DNA of 64,000 nucleotides, taken from assembly GCF_011386835.1 (NCBI RefSeq), contig NC_088795.1:29140001-29204000 (forward strand), read 5' to 3'. The notes below the pieces were generated by a model. It was not told the origin of the DNA and did not search any database. It saw only the letters and a list, made by a program, of their open reading frames with translations. This document shows, piece after piece, positions 61,500 to 64,000 of this stretch. Positions within the stretch are counted from its first letter, which is position 1. The number at the start of each line of letters is the position of its first letter. This DNA comes from Chrysemys picta bellii (Eukaryota). Position numbers and translations under genes: made by a program.

Positions 61500-63344
61500 C
61501 TAGAAGAAGAAACAAATTTATGTTATTCTGATTGCCTAGATGTGGGCTAAATAATAGGCTCAAACACAGCCATGACTAGCATAAGCCTATTTTGAGATTT
61601 TGTAGCTCTGCATCAAATATTAATAAAATAATAAATAAACAGGAATAACAACTTGTACTTATCATGCAGGATCAACATGATTTGTAAAGGTGGACAAGTA
61701 TAATTATCATAATTTTTACAGAAACTCAGGAACAAGGATTAAATGACGCACAAAAGGTCACACAACAAGACCATGAAGCTAAAGGAAACTGCTGCATGGT
61801 TTTTCCTGTATAGATTGTCCAAGTTACAATCAGTGCCCATCATAGAATAATCCCAGTTTTCATGGGTTTGTTCCAGATCTTGCAAGCTTAATTTTGCAGC
61901 CATGTCATGTTTGGAACTCCCACTGTCCCCACATACCAAGGACAGTTAGAGGCCTGAACTTTTTGTTTGGGGCTTCTCATGCATCAGTGTTTTCACATTG
62001 ATCCTAATTTCATGGCATTGGATCAACACATAACATCAGAGTACAATGTGATGACAGTATCATCGTGGTGTGATTTGAGACACAAAAGTTTTCTCTTCCT
62101 TTACATATCTGTAACACTCCAAAGTTACCATGTTGCAGTCTCTAGACTTCTAGACAAGAAGTGGACACCCCCAAATAATGAATTATGCATGCTATGTATT
62201 CCACATTCTTTATTCTTGTCCTGTGGGTAGGTGGGTGGGTGGGGGTTAGATTAGATATATTTCTACAGCACTGGTTTTAAGGGTGTGGATGTTTAGTGAG
62301 CTAGAGCTAGGCAAATACTTCAAAAGATATCCACAAATATTCATTACAATTTTAAAATGAATTTGCTTTGATTGAGTTTGTATTTGCAGGGGGAAAGCCA
62401 GAGAAATTTTCTCCACCTAAAATCTTCACTCCTTGGCAATGAAGATTCAGTAATTTTCCAGGCAAGGAATCATTTCCCTTCTATGTTTTTGCGGTTTGCA
62501 TTGTCATTTGCAAAAGTTATTACAACATGCTATTTACCTTGGCCTGTAGCTTCAAGGCCTTGTTATGACTTCACATTTCCAGCCCCCAGGAATTTCACAG
62601 CTAAATCGCTGCACAGAGCTCCCAGCTCTTGCCAGCTTGAAAGCAGAGAGACCACATTATGGATTCAAATTTGTGTCTCCTACTTAGTAACGCACTGCAT
62701 TTGCCTCTAGCCCACTAAGCTCACTCCCCAATACGTTTGGCAAAATTGATGTAGTAAAGTTATTTCCCCCTGTGAGCCTCAATATTTTATGGGCAATACT
62801 GGAAAAGGTGGCAGACTGCTCTGTCCAAATCGCTGCTTATTGATGAAATTACTGCATTCCCTGGGATTTTATGTGGACAAGGAAAAATATAAACATGGGA
62901 TCGCTCCAAAAAAACGAAAAATTGATTTTTTTCCTTGCGTTTTGAACAGAGCTAAAATGAACACAGCTGATTTTAACAACAAATGCAACTTATTTTGCCC
63001 CATGCTTTTCCAAGCAATTTCTCTCTGCAGACTAGAGTCATTGGCAGTGTCAGCACAGCTGTTTGTTAGGTAACTGCTAAAGAAGAGAGAGCATTAAACA
63101 TATTGGATTTGTGTTCTCTACAAGAGGTGTTGTTTCCTCCCCTACATATACCCCATAGTAATCTTAATAAAGAAGTGTTAATTCCTTTTTTGACTAAATA
63201 TTTTAAAATCAGCACGGTTATTTATCCGAATACAATAAAATTTGTATGCTAGGTCAGATTTTAATACAAACATTTGCAGTATTCCTTTCATAATGAATAA
63301 TATATCGAAGCCTTCCTGGCTGCAGAAAAATGTTGAACAAATAC

Positions 63345-63440
63345 CTGTGGTTGTCCTCCGGCACATTCTGTACAAAGCCACCAGAATGAACACAGAAAGG
63401 GTTATTACTATCAAGGCAATCACAACTGGCAAAATAATAC
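63345..63440 (-). CDS. EMCN: Endomucin transmembrane exon (96 nt)
   Basis: tttttgcag|GT ATT...ACA G|gtattt gives (G)IILPVVIALIVITLSVFILVALYRMCRRTTT, the EMCN transmembrane segment. Confidence 0.96.
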
Positions 63441-64000
63441 CTGCAAAAAGTGGAGAAAATTATTTTACCAACTACATTCCACTGGCATAACTTTAAACAT
63501 ATATAAATATCAAACAAATTCATGTGTTCTCTTAGTCCCTCCACAATCAGTACAGCTGAAGCTATTAATTTCTCTTGAAGCTTGTTACATTTGTTACTCC
63601 TCATGCATTCACTAGGTGTCAGGCTTGCAGCCTTTTTGAAAACCAGGGCTTTAGGCAACAAAGGAAGATTTAGTGGCTTCCTCCCCCATCCCTCATCATT
63701 CTGGAATCTCTGTCTTAAATATCAGACTCCTAACAATACAGAGTGTGTTCTCATGAACATGTCTTTAGGCCATTAAGATTATAATTTCTCCCCACATGGG
63801 AATACTCTAATCGTGATAAAAATACAAAATGTTCACCTTGAGAGTTAATAGCCCCAATATACATTTTCAGCACCCATGTTCCAGGAACAATTAAAAAAAA
63901 AATCATGTACTGCAAAACAAGGCAGATTTGAAATTCAGTGACTAAAGTGATTATTTCTTTTTTAATATGGTAATCACAGAAAGGCATGTAGGAGTTACAC

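Noticed and set aside
1-64000. CRISPR array or prokaryotic operon
   Set aside because: Sequence is eukaryotic with introns and vertebrate TEs; no regularly spaced direct repeats.

Overview
Vertebrate genomic DNA, most likely a turtle (inferred from the repeat repertoire and the endomucin sequence). The minus strand carries the 3' part of endomucin (EMCN): transmembrane exon 63345-63440, cytoplasmic exons 61475-61499, 60547-60608 and 46316-46389, and an unresolved final exon near 39.8 kb. Immediately downstream on the same strand (about 38.1-29.9 kb) is a chain of 8 candidate exons whose splice phases mostly chain together. It encodes a protein of roughly 400 aa that I cannot assign to a family, and it carries up to three in-frame stops, so it is a candidate unitary pseudogene or unannotated gene and the most interesting item here. 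The rest is repeat-rich: a decayed chromodomain-bearing Gypsy element (about 120-6060) with two nested hAT MITEs, an internally deleted L1-clade LINE antisense to EMCN (41.6-45.4 kb), three solo LTRs, and Penelope-like termini with minimal hammerhead-ribozyme motifs, including an inverted pair. There are also hAT, Harbinger and Tc1/mariner MITEs with TSDs, CR1/L2/MIR/RTE fragments and many short palindromic elements. All exon models were read by eye; no database search was run, and comparisons to human EMCN are from memory.
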